Source: Macrostomum lignano (Eukaryota). Taken from it: a stretch of DNA of 64,000 nucleotides. The notes beneath the pieces are model-generated. The model ran no database searches and was not told the DNA's origin. It saw nothing but the letters and a program-made list of their open reading frames with translations. This document shows, in pieces, positions 25,301 through 36,800 of this stretch (position 1 is its first letter; every line of letters begins with the position of its first letter). The position numbers and the translations under genes were made by a program. The DNA is taken from the NCBI GenBank assembly GCA_002269645.1, contig NIVC01001621.1:14320-78319 (forward strand), read 5' to 3'.

Positions 25301-28300
25301 GTTAGCAGCTGACGAGGCTGGCTGGCTTATTTGTATAGAGCGATACTTTGTTGTCTATGGTTATCTTCTATTACTTGAAGCTTGTGACACCGCTATTTCG
25401 ACTGCAGTCTACACCTTTTTACTTTCTATTTTGCAAAATCTGCACTCAATATTGACATCTTTGCATTCAATTTTGACAGTCTGTGATATCCCCATGAATG
25501 AATAATATAACTGGATCGCCAGAAGCTCGATTTTCTTGGTCCTAGCCATAGACAAGCACCAGCATCACAAGACGCTCAGAATGCCGTACTTTCACACAGA
25601 CAAATAGCCGCTCCAGGAGCTGCAAACCTTTATTTATTAGTATTCTATTTTATGTCCAAGCACATGCTCGCAATATATGCAGGGCGGCAAAAGATGGCTC
25701 CGCGAGATGAATAAGGACGTCAGAATTTGTGCTGCAATCGGATGCCTATCCAAAAGTGAACAAGGCACGAAACCTGTCACCTTTTTTTCTTATCCAATCG
25801 GTGATCCGTATCGACTAGCGCAGTGGAACAGCAATGTGGAAGCAAAGCCACATTTCAAATTCGTTGCTCTGCGAACCTTGCGACGTACAGGAAACTTGGA
25901 GCTGAGCTGCCGTCTAGTCCTTATTTCCAAATCTGTTTGCAACCAGATCGCATATTCGCATTCATTGACAACAGTCATTTGATAAAGTTGGTGCGCAATT
26001 CGCTGGCCGATTTGGGAGTATTCGTTGTTCACGATCGCATCATCAACTGGCACTATCTGGAACTATTGCACAATCTGCAAGAAGCTGAGGGGGTTCGAAT
26101 CAGAAATCGGCTGACAAAGAAATGCATTGAATTGTGGCAGCGACACAAGATGAAGGTCTGCTTGGCTGCACAGACAATCAGTTCGTCCGTCGCTGACGCT
26201 CTCACATTCCTAAAGGAGCTTATAAGTATACTAATAAATAAAGGTTTGCAGCTTCTGCAGCGGCTATTTGTCTGTGTGAAAGTACGGCATTCTGAGCTTC
26301 TTGTGATGCTGGTGCTTGTCTATGGCTAGGACCAAAAAAATCGAGCTTCTGGTGATCCAGTTATATTGTTCATTCATGGATACCCCTCGTTGAAATGTTC
26401 AACCTATTTTGACAAACTCAAATGCAATAAAGACGATTTTTAACCAAAAATGACAAACTTCAACCTTTATTAACAATTCGCAAGCAATTTTGACAGAAGG
26501 CATTCAAAAGTGACAGATTACATTACATTGCATTCAGGGACTACTTAGGTGTTTGAGTAGTCCCTGATTTCATAGCAAACATTGAAATTTTCTCAGTTAA
26601 CCGTAATACAGTAGCTAATCAGTTTGCCAAGTCGTATTACGTTCTGTGTATGGCAGGTCCGCGAGTCAACGCCAAAGTTAGCGACGACAACAGGAGGCGG
26701 TTAACAATTAATTAACCGGTTAACTACTGCCCATGAGAATGGTGACGACGGATAGGACTAGCCAGATTTTCTGCTTGTGTTGTTGGCATGTACTCGGTTG
26801 AGGGGGAGCGACGCTTAACTGCCCACTCACCCGTTTGTGCAACGAGAGTGCAGACATTCACTATTAACGGCCCTTACAAATAGCCCTCAATGTTACCTTA
26901 TATGTTTTATGAAATATTTTTCCAATGAACTTTCAAGTAAATATACACAGTTCATAGAAGCACCTGAATATTAAAATTCACAGATATAATAAAGTATAAT
27001 ATTTATTAAAATATTGAAATAGCTACTGCTGCATTGACGCGGCCATAGATTTAACCAGCCTCGTAAAAACTTCGCCATGATTTGCCTTGTTTCCCGTCCC
27101 GATGTTTTAGTAGTCCCTGTCGCATGGGTTCTATACGTAGGAGAATGACGTCACATTTCTGCATAGACTTGAATTGGGACTGCTTTTTACTTGTAAGCTG
27201 ATTGTTTCTCGTAGCTATTAATGAAACTCGGCGCCAGCACTAAAGGCTTTTGCACAGGGGCTTTGGCACCAGGGGCTTTAGCACAAGGGATTATTAGCCC
27301 CAAGGGCTTTAGCACAAGGGGTTTTAGCACCAGGGGCTTTAGCACCAGGGGCTTTAGCACCAGGGGCTTTAGCACCAGGGGCTTTAGCACCAGGGGCTTT
27401 AGCACCAGGGGCTTTAGCACCAGGGGCTTTAGCACCAGGGGCTTTAGCACCAGGGGCTTTAGCACCAGGGGCTTTAGCACCAGGGGCTTTAGCACCAGGG
27501 GCTTTAGCACCAGGGGCTTTAGCACCAGGGGCTTTAGCACCAGGGGCTTTAGCACCAGGGGCTTTAGCACCAGGGGCTTTAGCACCAGGGGCTTTAGCAC
27601 CAGGGGCTTTAGCACCAGGGGCTTTAGCACCAGAGGCGCCAGCACCAGGGGCTTTAGCACCAGGGGCTTTAGCACCAGGGGCTTTAGCACCAGGGGCTTT
27701 AGCACCAGGGGCTTTAGCACCAGGGGCTTTAGCACCAGGGGCTTTAGCACCAGGGGCTTTAGCACCAGGGGCTTTAGCACCAGAGGCTTTAGCACCAGGG
27801 GCTTTTGCACCAGGGGCTTTAGCACCATGCAGGGGCTTTAGCACCAGGGGCTTTAGCACCAGGGGCTTTAGCACCATGCAGGGGCTTTAGCACCAGGGGC
27901 TTTAGCACCAGGGGCTTTAGCACCAGGGGCTTTAGCACCAGGGGCTTTAGCACCAGGGGCGCCAGCACCAGGGGCGCCAGCACCAGGGGCGCCAGCACCA
28001 GGGGCGCCAGCACCAGGGGCGCCAGCACCAGGGGCTTTAGCACCAGGGGCGCCAGCACCAGGGGCGCCAGCACCAGGGGCGCCAGCACCAGGGGCGCCAG
28101 CACCAGGGGCTTTAGCACCAAGGGCGCCAGCACCAGGGGCTTTAGCACCAGGGGCTTTAGCACCAGAGGCGCCAGCACCAGGGGCGCCAGCACCGGTGGC
28201 GCCAGCACCAGGGGCGCCAGTATGAGGTACAGAGACGATTGTCTATTGAGAGTTAAATTAATTTTTAAATACTACAAGACAACGCAAGCAAGCAAAGTTC

Positions 28301-29335
28301 CGGCAAAATTTCAGTTGTTCCTGTCTTGCTGTAGTGTATTGTTTCTAAACCAAAGTTGTCTACAGCCAAAGCCCATTCAGCGCTGCGCAAGACAGCGAAT
28401 CTTTGCTTAGAAAAAGTGCAAAAAAAACTGAAAGCTTCCTAATCTCGGTAATGCATTTTACAGCCAAAATCTTCACCTGCTGCGAGCAGTCGCGAGCTGA
28501 GCTGCAGGTCACCCGATGGACCGCCGCGGCCGCCACCAGCTCCGGCGCCGCCGCGATGTACCCGCAGCGTGACGGTGTCAGACGCAGTGGCATGCGAGGC
28601 ATTGGAGGAACCGTGGCCGGTCGCTCGAGTCGTCTTGACCCCGGAGGCGAGGAAGCGAGTCTGGCGCGCCGCCGCCTGGTAGACCCGGATGTAGAAGAAC
28701 ACGACAATGCCAAGCGGCAGATAGAACGAGAACAGCGAGGAGAACATAATGTAGGACGGATTGTCGGACACCGCGCACTGCTGGTGATCGCCGTCTGCTG
28801 CCTGCTGCTGCTGCTGGTCTCGCCAGCCAATAAGCGGGCCGACTGACACGAGGCCTGACAGCAGCCAGACGCACAGGACAATGACGCAGGCCCGGCGCTT
28901 GCTGACAATACGGCCCCTCTGCAGCGGCCGGGTCACTCCGACGTAGCGATCCATTGAGATGGCGCACAGCGACATGATGCTGGCGGTGCAGCACAGCACG
29001 TCAATTGAGGCCCACAGGTCGCAGAGCAGCGGCCCGAACAGCCAGCAGCCGTGGGTAATCTCCAGCACGCTGCTCAGAGGCAGAACGCAGGCGCCTAGCA
29101 ACAGGTCAGCAACGGCCAGGTTAGAGACAAAGATGACGGTGGTAGAGCGCAGCGATGTGTGCAGCAGGACAGCGAGAAGTACCAAGGAGTTGCCGAAGAC
29201 CGTGGCAAACGAGATCAATCCCAATGCAAGCGCGGTGGCCAATGACCACCTGTCTAGCTGGAGGCTGTCAGAGCAGCTGCTGTTTTCGCTAGAATTCGCC
29301 ATAGCTGTACTGACCATAGAATTAGAGCTCTCCAT
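19049..29335 (-). CDS. ADRA1: Class A aminergic GPCR, alpha-1 adrenergic receptor-like; exons 28477-29335, 19674-19781, 19049-19308
   Basis: TM3 [22 protein letters not shown]5 [13 protein letters not shown]3 VTLRVHR, TM6 [28 protein letters not shown]7 [15 protein letters not shown]. Both introns are GT-AG, phase 1. The symbol denotes closest family resemblance, not proven orthology. Confidence 0.9.
19385..19510. repeat. 21-bp C-rich repeat in GPCR intron 2
   Basis: CCAGCCTGCCCCACCCGCCTC-like units. Confidence 0.8.
19674..19781 (-). CDS. GPCR exon 2 (TM6, 108 nt; absent from ORF track)
   Basis: TTTCAG|(G)[35 protein letters not shown]|GTGAGT. Confidence 0.93.
19983..20445. repeat. 21-bp C-rich minisatellite in GPCR intron 1
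   Basis: CCAACACCCCTCCGGCCTGCC, ~21 copies. Confidence 0.95.
20702..20978 (-). mobile_element. tRNA-derived SINE, near full length
   Basis: A box TAGCCTAGTGG, B box GGTTCGATTCT, central CATTGCTTCAGTTCACCCAGCTGTAAAATGGG domain. Confidence 0.82.
21360..21830. repeat. Degenerate telomere-like (CCTAACCTAAAT)n tract
   Basis: Irregular CCCTAACCTAAAT units; not a perfect (CCCTAA)n array. Confidence 0.85.
22632..22840. repeat. 77-bp tandem repeat x2.7
   Basis: Copies start at 22632, 22709 and 22786. Confidence 0.9.
22937..23962 (+). mobile_element. piggyBac deletion derivative
   Basis: TTAA on both sides; termini CCACTTCGCGCC / rc CCATTTGGAAGCC; acidic N-terminus, [15 protein letters not shown] segment and C-terminal [19 protein letters not shown] Cys-rich domain; no DDD core. 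Confidence 0.85.
24700..24972. repeat. 21-bp minisatellite
   Basis: GATGGCTCAGACACAATCTAT. Confidence 0.92.
25233..27119. mobile_element. hAT-like non-autonomous element with ~70-bp TIRs (CAGGGACTACT...), containing a nested P element
   Basis: Inverted ends 25233-25300 and 27055-27119; flanks TCGCATAC / TCGCATGG (6/8). Confidence 0.75.
25493..26378 (+). mobile_element. P-element deletion derivative (THAP domain + transposase remnant)
   Basis: TIR CATGAATGAATAATATAACTGGATC; TSD GATATCCC/GATACCCC; THAP-like CAAIGC..FFSYP..W and [37 protein letters not shown]. Confidence 0.88.
27230..28222. repeat. 15-bp minisatellite with two zoned variants
   Basis: AGCACCAGGGGCTTT (left) grading to AGCACCAGGGGCGCC (right). 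Confidence 0.96.
28477..29335 (-). CDS. GPCR exon 1 (N-terminus to ICL3; TM1-5)
   Basis: ORF with TM1-5 and N-glycosylation sequons (NSS x2); GTGAAG donor at 28476. Start could be 29335 or a nearby downstream ATG. Confidence 0.92.
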
Positions 29336-29508
29336 TGTTCAGTTGGAAGTAGAGGTGTTATAATCTCTAGTCAGTGAATTCCAAACCAGTTTTGTAGTTA
29401 AAGATCATGCATCCTCCAAACCCAGACTAATGCTGATTTGCTGAGCCTCTGGCTTAACCAATCGTTGAGAAGTTATCTAAAGGACTAACTAACTGCCCTA
29501 ATGGTATT

Positions 29509-29741
29509 GAAGGCTGCGTACGGCTGTTCAGTCCAGGGACTGAGTGGGGAGGGGGGGGGGGTAGCCACACACCCTCAATTACCCCAGCTAATGCTGGCAC
29601 CCTTTATACAGCTGGGTGAACTGAAGCAATGCTGAGTTAACTGTCTTGCTCAAGGACACAAATTGTTCCGAGTGAGTCGAGAATCGAACCCGGGACAGCT
29701 TTCAGTCGCGAGTCTGACGCTCTAACCACTAGGCTAAAACC
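29509..29741 (-). mobile_element. tRNA-derived SINE copy just upstream of the GPCR start
   Basis: Same head and body as 20702-20978. Confidence 0.78.
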
Positions 29742-30276
29742 CGTACCACAGAACAATTACATCTAGATTTGCTGTTTTGCACAGCACTGAATGGTTTGGC
29801 CACAGACAAATTGGGTCTAAAAGAATGCACTACAGACACGGATGAAGGAAAAGAAAGGATCGCTCATCTGAAAGCGAGTCTATGGCCAAAACCTACTAAA
29901 AATTGGGGCATTCCCCCATGAATTTCATTGGCTGCTGGAATTTAATAATAGTCCCCTCTGATTTTCCCATTAACGCCCTTAAAGCATGGGTATTACTATA
30001 TTGTGCCATAGACATTGCGTCCTTGACAAAGTGGGACAAAATTAGCGGGCAGTTAACGATATTAACTGCCCGCTAATTTGCATTAGAGTAAGTGTGAAAT
30101 AGACAATCGGGCGTTAAATGTCATTAACTGCCCGCTAATTTGCATTAAAGTAAGTGTGACTCCTGCAAGCGGGCTTAAATGTAGTTTATGGCATTAAAAG
30201 GCAAGAATAAGTGCCCAGCGGGCACAAAGGTCATGGTACAAAAGTGCGATAAGTTATAGACTGAAGCTGTGGTTGC

Positions 30277-30570
30277 CATGGATGAATAATATAACTGGAT
30301 CGCCAGAAGCTCGATTTTTTTGGTCCTAGCCATAGACAAGCACCAGCATCACAAGAAGCTCAGAATGCCGTACTTTCACCCTGCATATATTGCGAGCATG
30401 TGCTTGGACATAAAATAGAATACTTATAAATAAAGGTTTGCAGCTTCTGCAGCGGCTATTTGTCTGTGTGAAAGTACGGCATTCTGAGCGTCTTGTGATG
30501 CTGGTGCTTGTCTATGGCTAGGACCAAAAAAATCGAGCTTCTGGCGATCCAGTTATATTATTCATCCATG
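30277..30570. mobile_element. 294-bp P-element-derived MITE
   Basis: Same TIR as 25493-26378; perfect 8-bp TSD GTGGTTGC. Confidence 0.9.
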
Positions 30571-31596
30571 GTGGTTGCTGAATAACAAGCCCCTGCGTCA
30601 TATAAAACACTACATGTACTTCAGTGGGAAGTGCAGAACATTGCCACATATACCAACTAGCAGTTTAGGGTGTAAAAATTGTACATATTCATACAGGAAG
30701 GATGAAATATCCAAATTGTATGTTATACAGTGTAAATTATCTCCTGGCACTTGGGACACAACTTGTTGCATAATTATACCAATTTTGGCGATTTTACATA
30801 ACTCGTACTTAATTGGCCTGACCTCGATGCTTTAAATGTACGAGTATAGATGCATAAATTGTTAAACAGTGTTACATCTGGAAGCAATTTGGATATTTAG
30901 AAACAATCCGCAAGCACTAATCATTAAATAAGTTCAAGCTCCAACTTCGTTCATTATCCCGGACGCTTGACTGTTGACTGTTGCGCCACCGTGACCCCTG
31001 GTACAATTGTGAACAACAATTTGGCCAGGGGTTTTCGTGTGATTGACAACCAGCCGTGATTAAAAATTCAATAGATCAATAAATTCAATATAGTGGTGTG
31101 TTCGATAGATCGTTGAAGGCAAAAATTGTTATTTATTTTTAACTCTATCAAAAGTTGCGAGCTGCTTTTCTTTGGTTCGACTGTGCCATCCTACAAAAAT
31201 CCCATCACTTTTGGATTTCGGTTCAAGCGAGAGAAGGAGAGTCCCGATACGATCACCAGTGCGGCATATGCAAGACTGGCAGCAACAGCTGTTGAAGTTT
31301 GTTCAGCCGCGATCTGTGCCGTTAAAAAAGCAACACAAGACAACAACGGTTTCACGCTCTCTGTTGACCTGAACAGCGGCGTTCGTGCAGCAGACCAAAG
31401 GATGGAATGGTGCTTTGACACGTTTCCACGGCACAACACGGACACTGAAGACTGCCGGCATAAGAGATGCACAAGTTTTGCACAGGATAATCCTGCTGAA
31501 TATGTTGATTCCAAGTTAAGCAGAGTTGGTGGCGGTTAGTACGCCAGCCGAACCAGATTGAACAAGCGGCAACTTAAGCTGAGTGATAAAGAACAG

Positions 31597-31665
<69 letters not shown>

Positions 31666-31666
31666 C

Positions 31667-31703
<37 letters not shown>

Positions 31704-31704
31704 C

Positions 31705-31741
<37 letters not shown>

Positions 31742-31742
31742 C

Positions 31743-31817
<75 letters not shown>

Positions 31818-31862
31818 CATCTATCTATTTATCTTTCTATCTATCTATCTATCTATCTATCC

Positions 31863-31893
<31 letters not shown>

Positions 31894-31894
31894 C

Positions 31895-31929
<35 letters not shown>

Positions 31930-32090
31930 CATCTATCTATCTATCTATCCATCTATCTATCTATCTATCTATCCATCTATCTATTTATCTGTCTGTCTGT
32001 CTATCTAACTATCTATCTATGTACGAGTATCTACTTATCTGTCTATCTATCTACCTACCCATCTATCTACCTACCCATCTATCTATCTAA
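31597..32090. repeat. (TCTA)n microsatellite
   Basis: ~490 bp of ATCT with occasional ATCC/ACCT variants. Confidence 0.97.
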
Positions 32091-32628
32091 ACATCCAACA
32101 ATATTTCAAGCCCACAAGTTTTGATCCCTCAAAGCTTGTAGAAGAAGCAACAATGAAGCAGCAAAGACACAAAAATGGAAATGAAAAAAACAAAACTCGA
32201 ATTCGGAATAAAACAAGGGGCGGTCTAACAATCCTTTTTATATATCGATTTTGTGTAGAAACTCGAAACAGTCTGACAAAACTAATAAGTGTTTTCTGCT
32301 ACCGTAGACTGTAGTTAGATCAATTTGTGAAATTTGCGGAAAAAAACTGTGGGACTGACGGACGATCAGCTATGAGAATTTGACAGGGCTACATAGTGCA
32401 GAAAAATCAGTGTACTCTTATGTAACGCCTAAATTTTGACAGATGAAATAAAATGTGGTTATTTTTAGCAACCTATTGCCAGGCAATGTCTGGGATAAAA
32501 AACAATAATAGAAATTTGTTTAAAACCGGGTAAACACTATTAGGCAGTATAGAAAACCTCAACAAGAAAAGGTGAATTTTAGACTCGTACTGAATAAATA
32601 ACACAGAAATAGTAGAGCACAATGTACT

Positions 32629-32761
32629 TTTATTTGTCACTGTTGTAAGCTACTTTCAGTTCAGTAGTAAGTTACAATGTCAACCCTAATTAATGCACAC
32701 TACCAACTGCACTAATTAGCAATCAGGTAAGCCACTCCTTAATGCTGCTTCACTTTTTATT
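32629..32761 (-). other. Candidate polyadenylation signals of the RNF213-like gene (AATAAA at 32756-32761 and 32629-32634)
   Basis: Two minus-strand AATAAA hexamers 55 and 180 nt after the stop codon. Confidence 0.45.
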
Positions 32762-32815
32762 AAAAATTAGCTTACATATTCTTACCTACTACTGAACTGA
32801 AAGTCTAGCTACTAA

Positions 32816-33827
32816 TTAATCGTTGCGGTTAAGCCAGACCCACAGCAGGCCAGCGTGTCGGCACAGCAGTCGCTTGTCGAAGCGGTCAAACACGCCCACG
32901 TACTCGTCCGAGATGTCGCCGAGTTCGCACAACGGATAGTCCGACAGGGCGGTCTCGCTGCGCAGGTCCAGCGCCAGCAGCTGGTGAAGACGCTCGCTAA
33001 GCAGATCCCGCCTGCCCGACATGCCGCTGGGCAGGGGCGAATCCGGTGACGCGATCGGCAGCTGACGCTCGCCCCGACAGGCGTCGGGCAGGCAGTGCTC
33101 AAGCATGCCGGCATTGAGCAGCAGCTGCCAGCGCAGCCGGTCCAGACGCAGCCAGAGAGCCCGGGCGTCGGTGACGCGAGCGGCGCGTAGGCAATCCGGC
33201 AAGCCGTTAGCAGCGCCGGAATCAGCTGACGAAGTCGACGGCATGCGAAGCACCTCGGCAGAGAAGCGGCTGAGCTCTAGGCTGGCGGGAGACTCCGGCT
33301 GCATGACGCAGAGGAACTTGATAACGGTGAGCAGAGTGTCCTCAACTAGGCCGGTAACTGTGGCCAGGTCGGAGCCGAGGCCGTTCAACAGGTCCTGCTC
33401 AAGGCCGAGGTCCAGCCGCTCCGACTGGCCGGGCGCGCAGCGCCGGAGTCTATCAAGCAGCTCCTTGACGTTGAACTCCTCCTTGTAGATGATCAGCCTG
33501 GGATGGCCAACAATTCGGCGACGCCCGCGAAGGCACCGATCGGCTAGCTGGGTCTGCAGGCCGGTGAAATTGTATTCAAGCCGGCCGCCTTCGCCTACCC
33601 GCAGCGAATAGGCGGCGTTGCCTAGCAACAGCGGCAGCAGGTCGCGTTCAGCGTCGTAAGTGATCACAGCCGACTGTGTCAAGCCGCTCTCGCCTTCGCC
33701 CTCGCCAACAGCGCCGAGATCTACGGGTTCGGCAATCTCCGGGCCCAAGTTGGCCAGCTCTAGCAGGCGGTTCTGTGTGTCAGCCAGGAGCTGCATCAGC
33801 GCCACTATACAGCGGCCCCACTGGCGC
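32816..33827 (-). CDS. RNF213: RNF213-like terminal exon (C-terminal domain)
   Basis: RQWGRCIVAL...VITYDAERDLLPLLLGN...EYNFTGLQTQL...WVWLNRND-TAA. Confidence 0.92.
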
Positions 33828-36800
33828 CTGGAAAGGTCAAGGAAAATATTTTATTCAAAACCAGTTGATCAACATCAGTGCTGCAGGTATGACAAGTGTT
33901 AACTAAACATCCAATTCGAGTCCGTGCTTGTTCACGGAAATTGGCTCAAGGGGCTGTCATGCGATTCACGGCCTTGAAGGCCAACCCCCAAGGCACAGTG
34001 AAGTGTACATGCCTAACGATAAATAAAGTTAGGGCTGCTGTACACTCCTGTATGAGTGTGTGCCTGCTCAGGGGAGTCGGCGGAATGGACAGTAATGCCT
34101 CTCGCCGGTTGTGTGACAATGTGGCGCTTAGAGTGCGCCAGGGTGCACATGGCCCCTGCCTTCTAAAACTAACAGCGGAATGTCGCCGAAGGAATTCATT
34201 AAGCAATTAATGAAACAAACAGCGCACCTGCTAGGCAGTAGGGCTGCAACAGGCCAAGAGCCGGTGCATTCAACTCCAGCTTTATCAAGCGCCAATCTGC
34301 CCGAGTCTTTGTACTTGGCGTAGCTCAACCGATCGCGCAGGTCGTTCCAAACTAGCTGGAAGATTTTCACCGCCTCTGTCCAACGCCCGTTGCGCCTGGT
34401 TCGCAGACTGTCGATGGTGGCTGAGGCGGACTCGGCCTCAGCGAAGCTCAGATTGCCGCTATGCACGGCGACAAGATCCGCGGCCAGCCAGGCCAGAATC
34501 GGCAGCGAGCGGATGTGCCGCAGCACCGGCTCCAAGTCGAAGAACTCGCGCACCAACGCGAACTCGTCGGTGGCAGCGCCGCTGAGCTCGCGCAATCGCT
34601 GGGCCGCGTGTTCAACGGTGACAACCTGACGGTAGCGCCAGACAGCCGCCTGCTCAGGCTGCTCACTGTCTACTCGGCTAGTCTCGTGTACCAGACTCAC
34701 TAGCGAGCTGGTGTCGCTCACCTGATAGAATTGAAATTATAATTATTGGAATTCAGAAGCGCAGGGATGTTGAAAGGTAAAAGTTGAAATGCCATCATCG
34801 GGCAGGTGATGAAAGTTTCTGACGGCGTCGACTCATTATTATAAGAAGACGTATCAAAAACTATCGTCATCCCTGTCAGCAGCACTCATCACCTGTATAT
34901 CTCTGTTTGTGCGTTTTTAACTAGTTCGATCACGTCTCAATGCGTTGGCGGCATTGGCAGATATATGTAGAACTAAATTAAAGAGTATTGAGATGGCCAT
35001 ATATAGTCCCGAAACGGGTCGAAAAGTTAAGGACTGGGACCGCAGGATTGGGGACTGAAGGATTCGGAACTAAAGGACTTGGAACTGAAGGGTTGGAGAT
35101 GGAAGAATTGGGACTGAAGGACTGGAATCGGGACTGAAGGATTGGGGACTGAAGGGTTGAGAATGAAGGATCGGGACTGAAGGACCGGGACTGATGGACT
35201 GGGACTGAAGGATCGGGACTGAAGGGTCGGGACTGAAGGACCGGGACTGATGGACTGGGACTGAAGGACCGGGACTGAAGGACCGGGACTGATGGACTGG
35301 GACTGAAGGACCGCGGGACTGATGGACTGGGAATGAAGGACCGGGACTGATAGACTGGGAATGAAGGACCGGGACTGATGGACTGGAAATGAAGGGTCGG
35401 GACTGATGGACTGGAAAAGAAGGACCGGGACTGATGGACTGGAAATGAAGGGTCGGGACTGATGGACTGGAAAAGAAGGACCGGGACTGAAGGACTGACG
35501 ACCAGCATAAGATATTATTTTGTTTAAATACTATATCGTTATTATACTATTTCAGTCTCTCAGGGTGCAAAACTGACCTGTACATCGGCCAGTTGCCTAT
35601 TAGCAGTCTGCAGCCGTTCCGCCAGTTTCTCAATGACAGCAGACAGAATTCGATCTCGAAGTAGATTCTCAGTCTCGCGGCGCTGATCCTGAGTAGCCAG
35701 CTGCAGTTGACCAGGCCGACTATGAGCTTCGGCTAGCGCACCGAGAGCCAGATGAATAGCCAGACAGGCATCCTCGCTGCTGTGCCCGCTAGCCTGACAG
35801 AATCTGGCCGAGTCGCGTTGAAAGTGCTGCCGCATTGAGTCGGCGTTGGCGGCCTCCGGTCGGCCAGCTAGGGAGGCCAGAGACAACAGCATGCGGGTCA
35901 GTGCGACTGCCACGGGAGTGAGGTTGCGGACTGACTGCGCTTGGCCAGTGCTGTTGAGGTCCACAAAGCCGCGAGGGCTCTGATCGTCGCGGGCTAGCAG
36001 CGGGTTGTTGCCAGCGGCCGAGTTGTGCTGCGAGCCGCCAATGGGAGCGGAACAGTCCGGGCAGGTGGCCAGTTCCATGGGGCGGCCGCACTGCGGGTTA
36101 TGGGGTGGGGGCCGTGCGGCTTAGCCAGCTGAGAAATGCTTTTTGCAATCTGACTGTCAGCAGCGTGACTGTCAGCAGCGTGACTGTCAGCAGTGTGACT
36201 GTCAGCAGTGTGACTGTCAGTAGTTTGACTGTCAACAGTGTGACTGTCAGTAGTTTGATTGTCAGCAGTTTGACTGTCAGCAATGGGACTGTCAGCAATG
36301 TGACTGTCAGCAGTGTGACTGTCAGCAGTGTGACTGTCAGCAGTGTGACTGTCAGCACTGTGACTTGTTGGGAGTTGCTGAGATGTTGACTTGCTGACTT
36401 GTTGAGATGTTAAAGCTAATATGAAGTTAATTTAACATAAAATAACACAGAAAAAACTTACATTTCCAATATAGTATGGATGACCGTTTGGGCAAACTGA
36501 AATTTGAAATTAATATATCGAAATACAAAAAAGACTATAAGAAGTTTTGATTTCATACTGCATGGTTTTAAAAGAAAAAAACTAAAAGCACAAGCTATTA
36601 CTCACAGTAGACAGTAGGGTTATCGCCTTCCACACCCTTCTGCTTGCGGACAGCTCTGTAGAGCTCGTGCAGCTGATCGTGCGGCATGCACGGCAAATAG
36701 TAGGCCGACACGTCGTCGGTTGCCATGGCAACAAATAGTTTTACTAATATGTCTTCAGTATCGCGTTTAATAGCCAGAGTATAGGCCATGTGAAGTGCCA

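Noticed and set aside
27187-28208. (LVLKP)n, (GFSTR)n and (PGAKA)n ORFs resembling collagen or histone tails
   Set aside because: Translations of a 15-bp intronic minisatellite.
19049-29335. GPCR nested in an intron of liprin-alpha or the RNF213-like gene
   Set aside because: The RNF213-like gene ends at 32816 and liprin coding starts at 10515. Nesting would need an unseen distant liprin 5'UTR exon, which I cannot support.
31126-31539. 137-aa ORF between the RNF213-like gene and the GPCR
   Set aside because: No recognisable motif or splice context; runs into a (TCTA)n tract.
36091-36130. Apparent degenerate, stop-containing start of the RZ finger (GGC TAA..CAT AAC CCG CAG)
   Set aside because: It is intron 3' end sequence; the real residues come from the micro-exon at 36462-36496.
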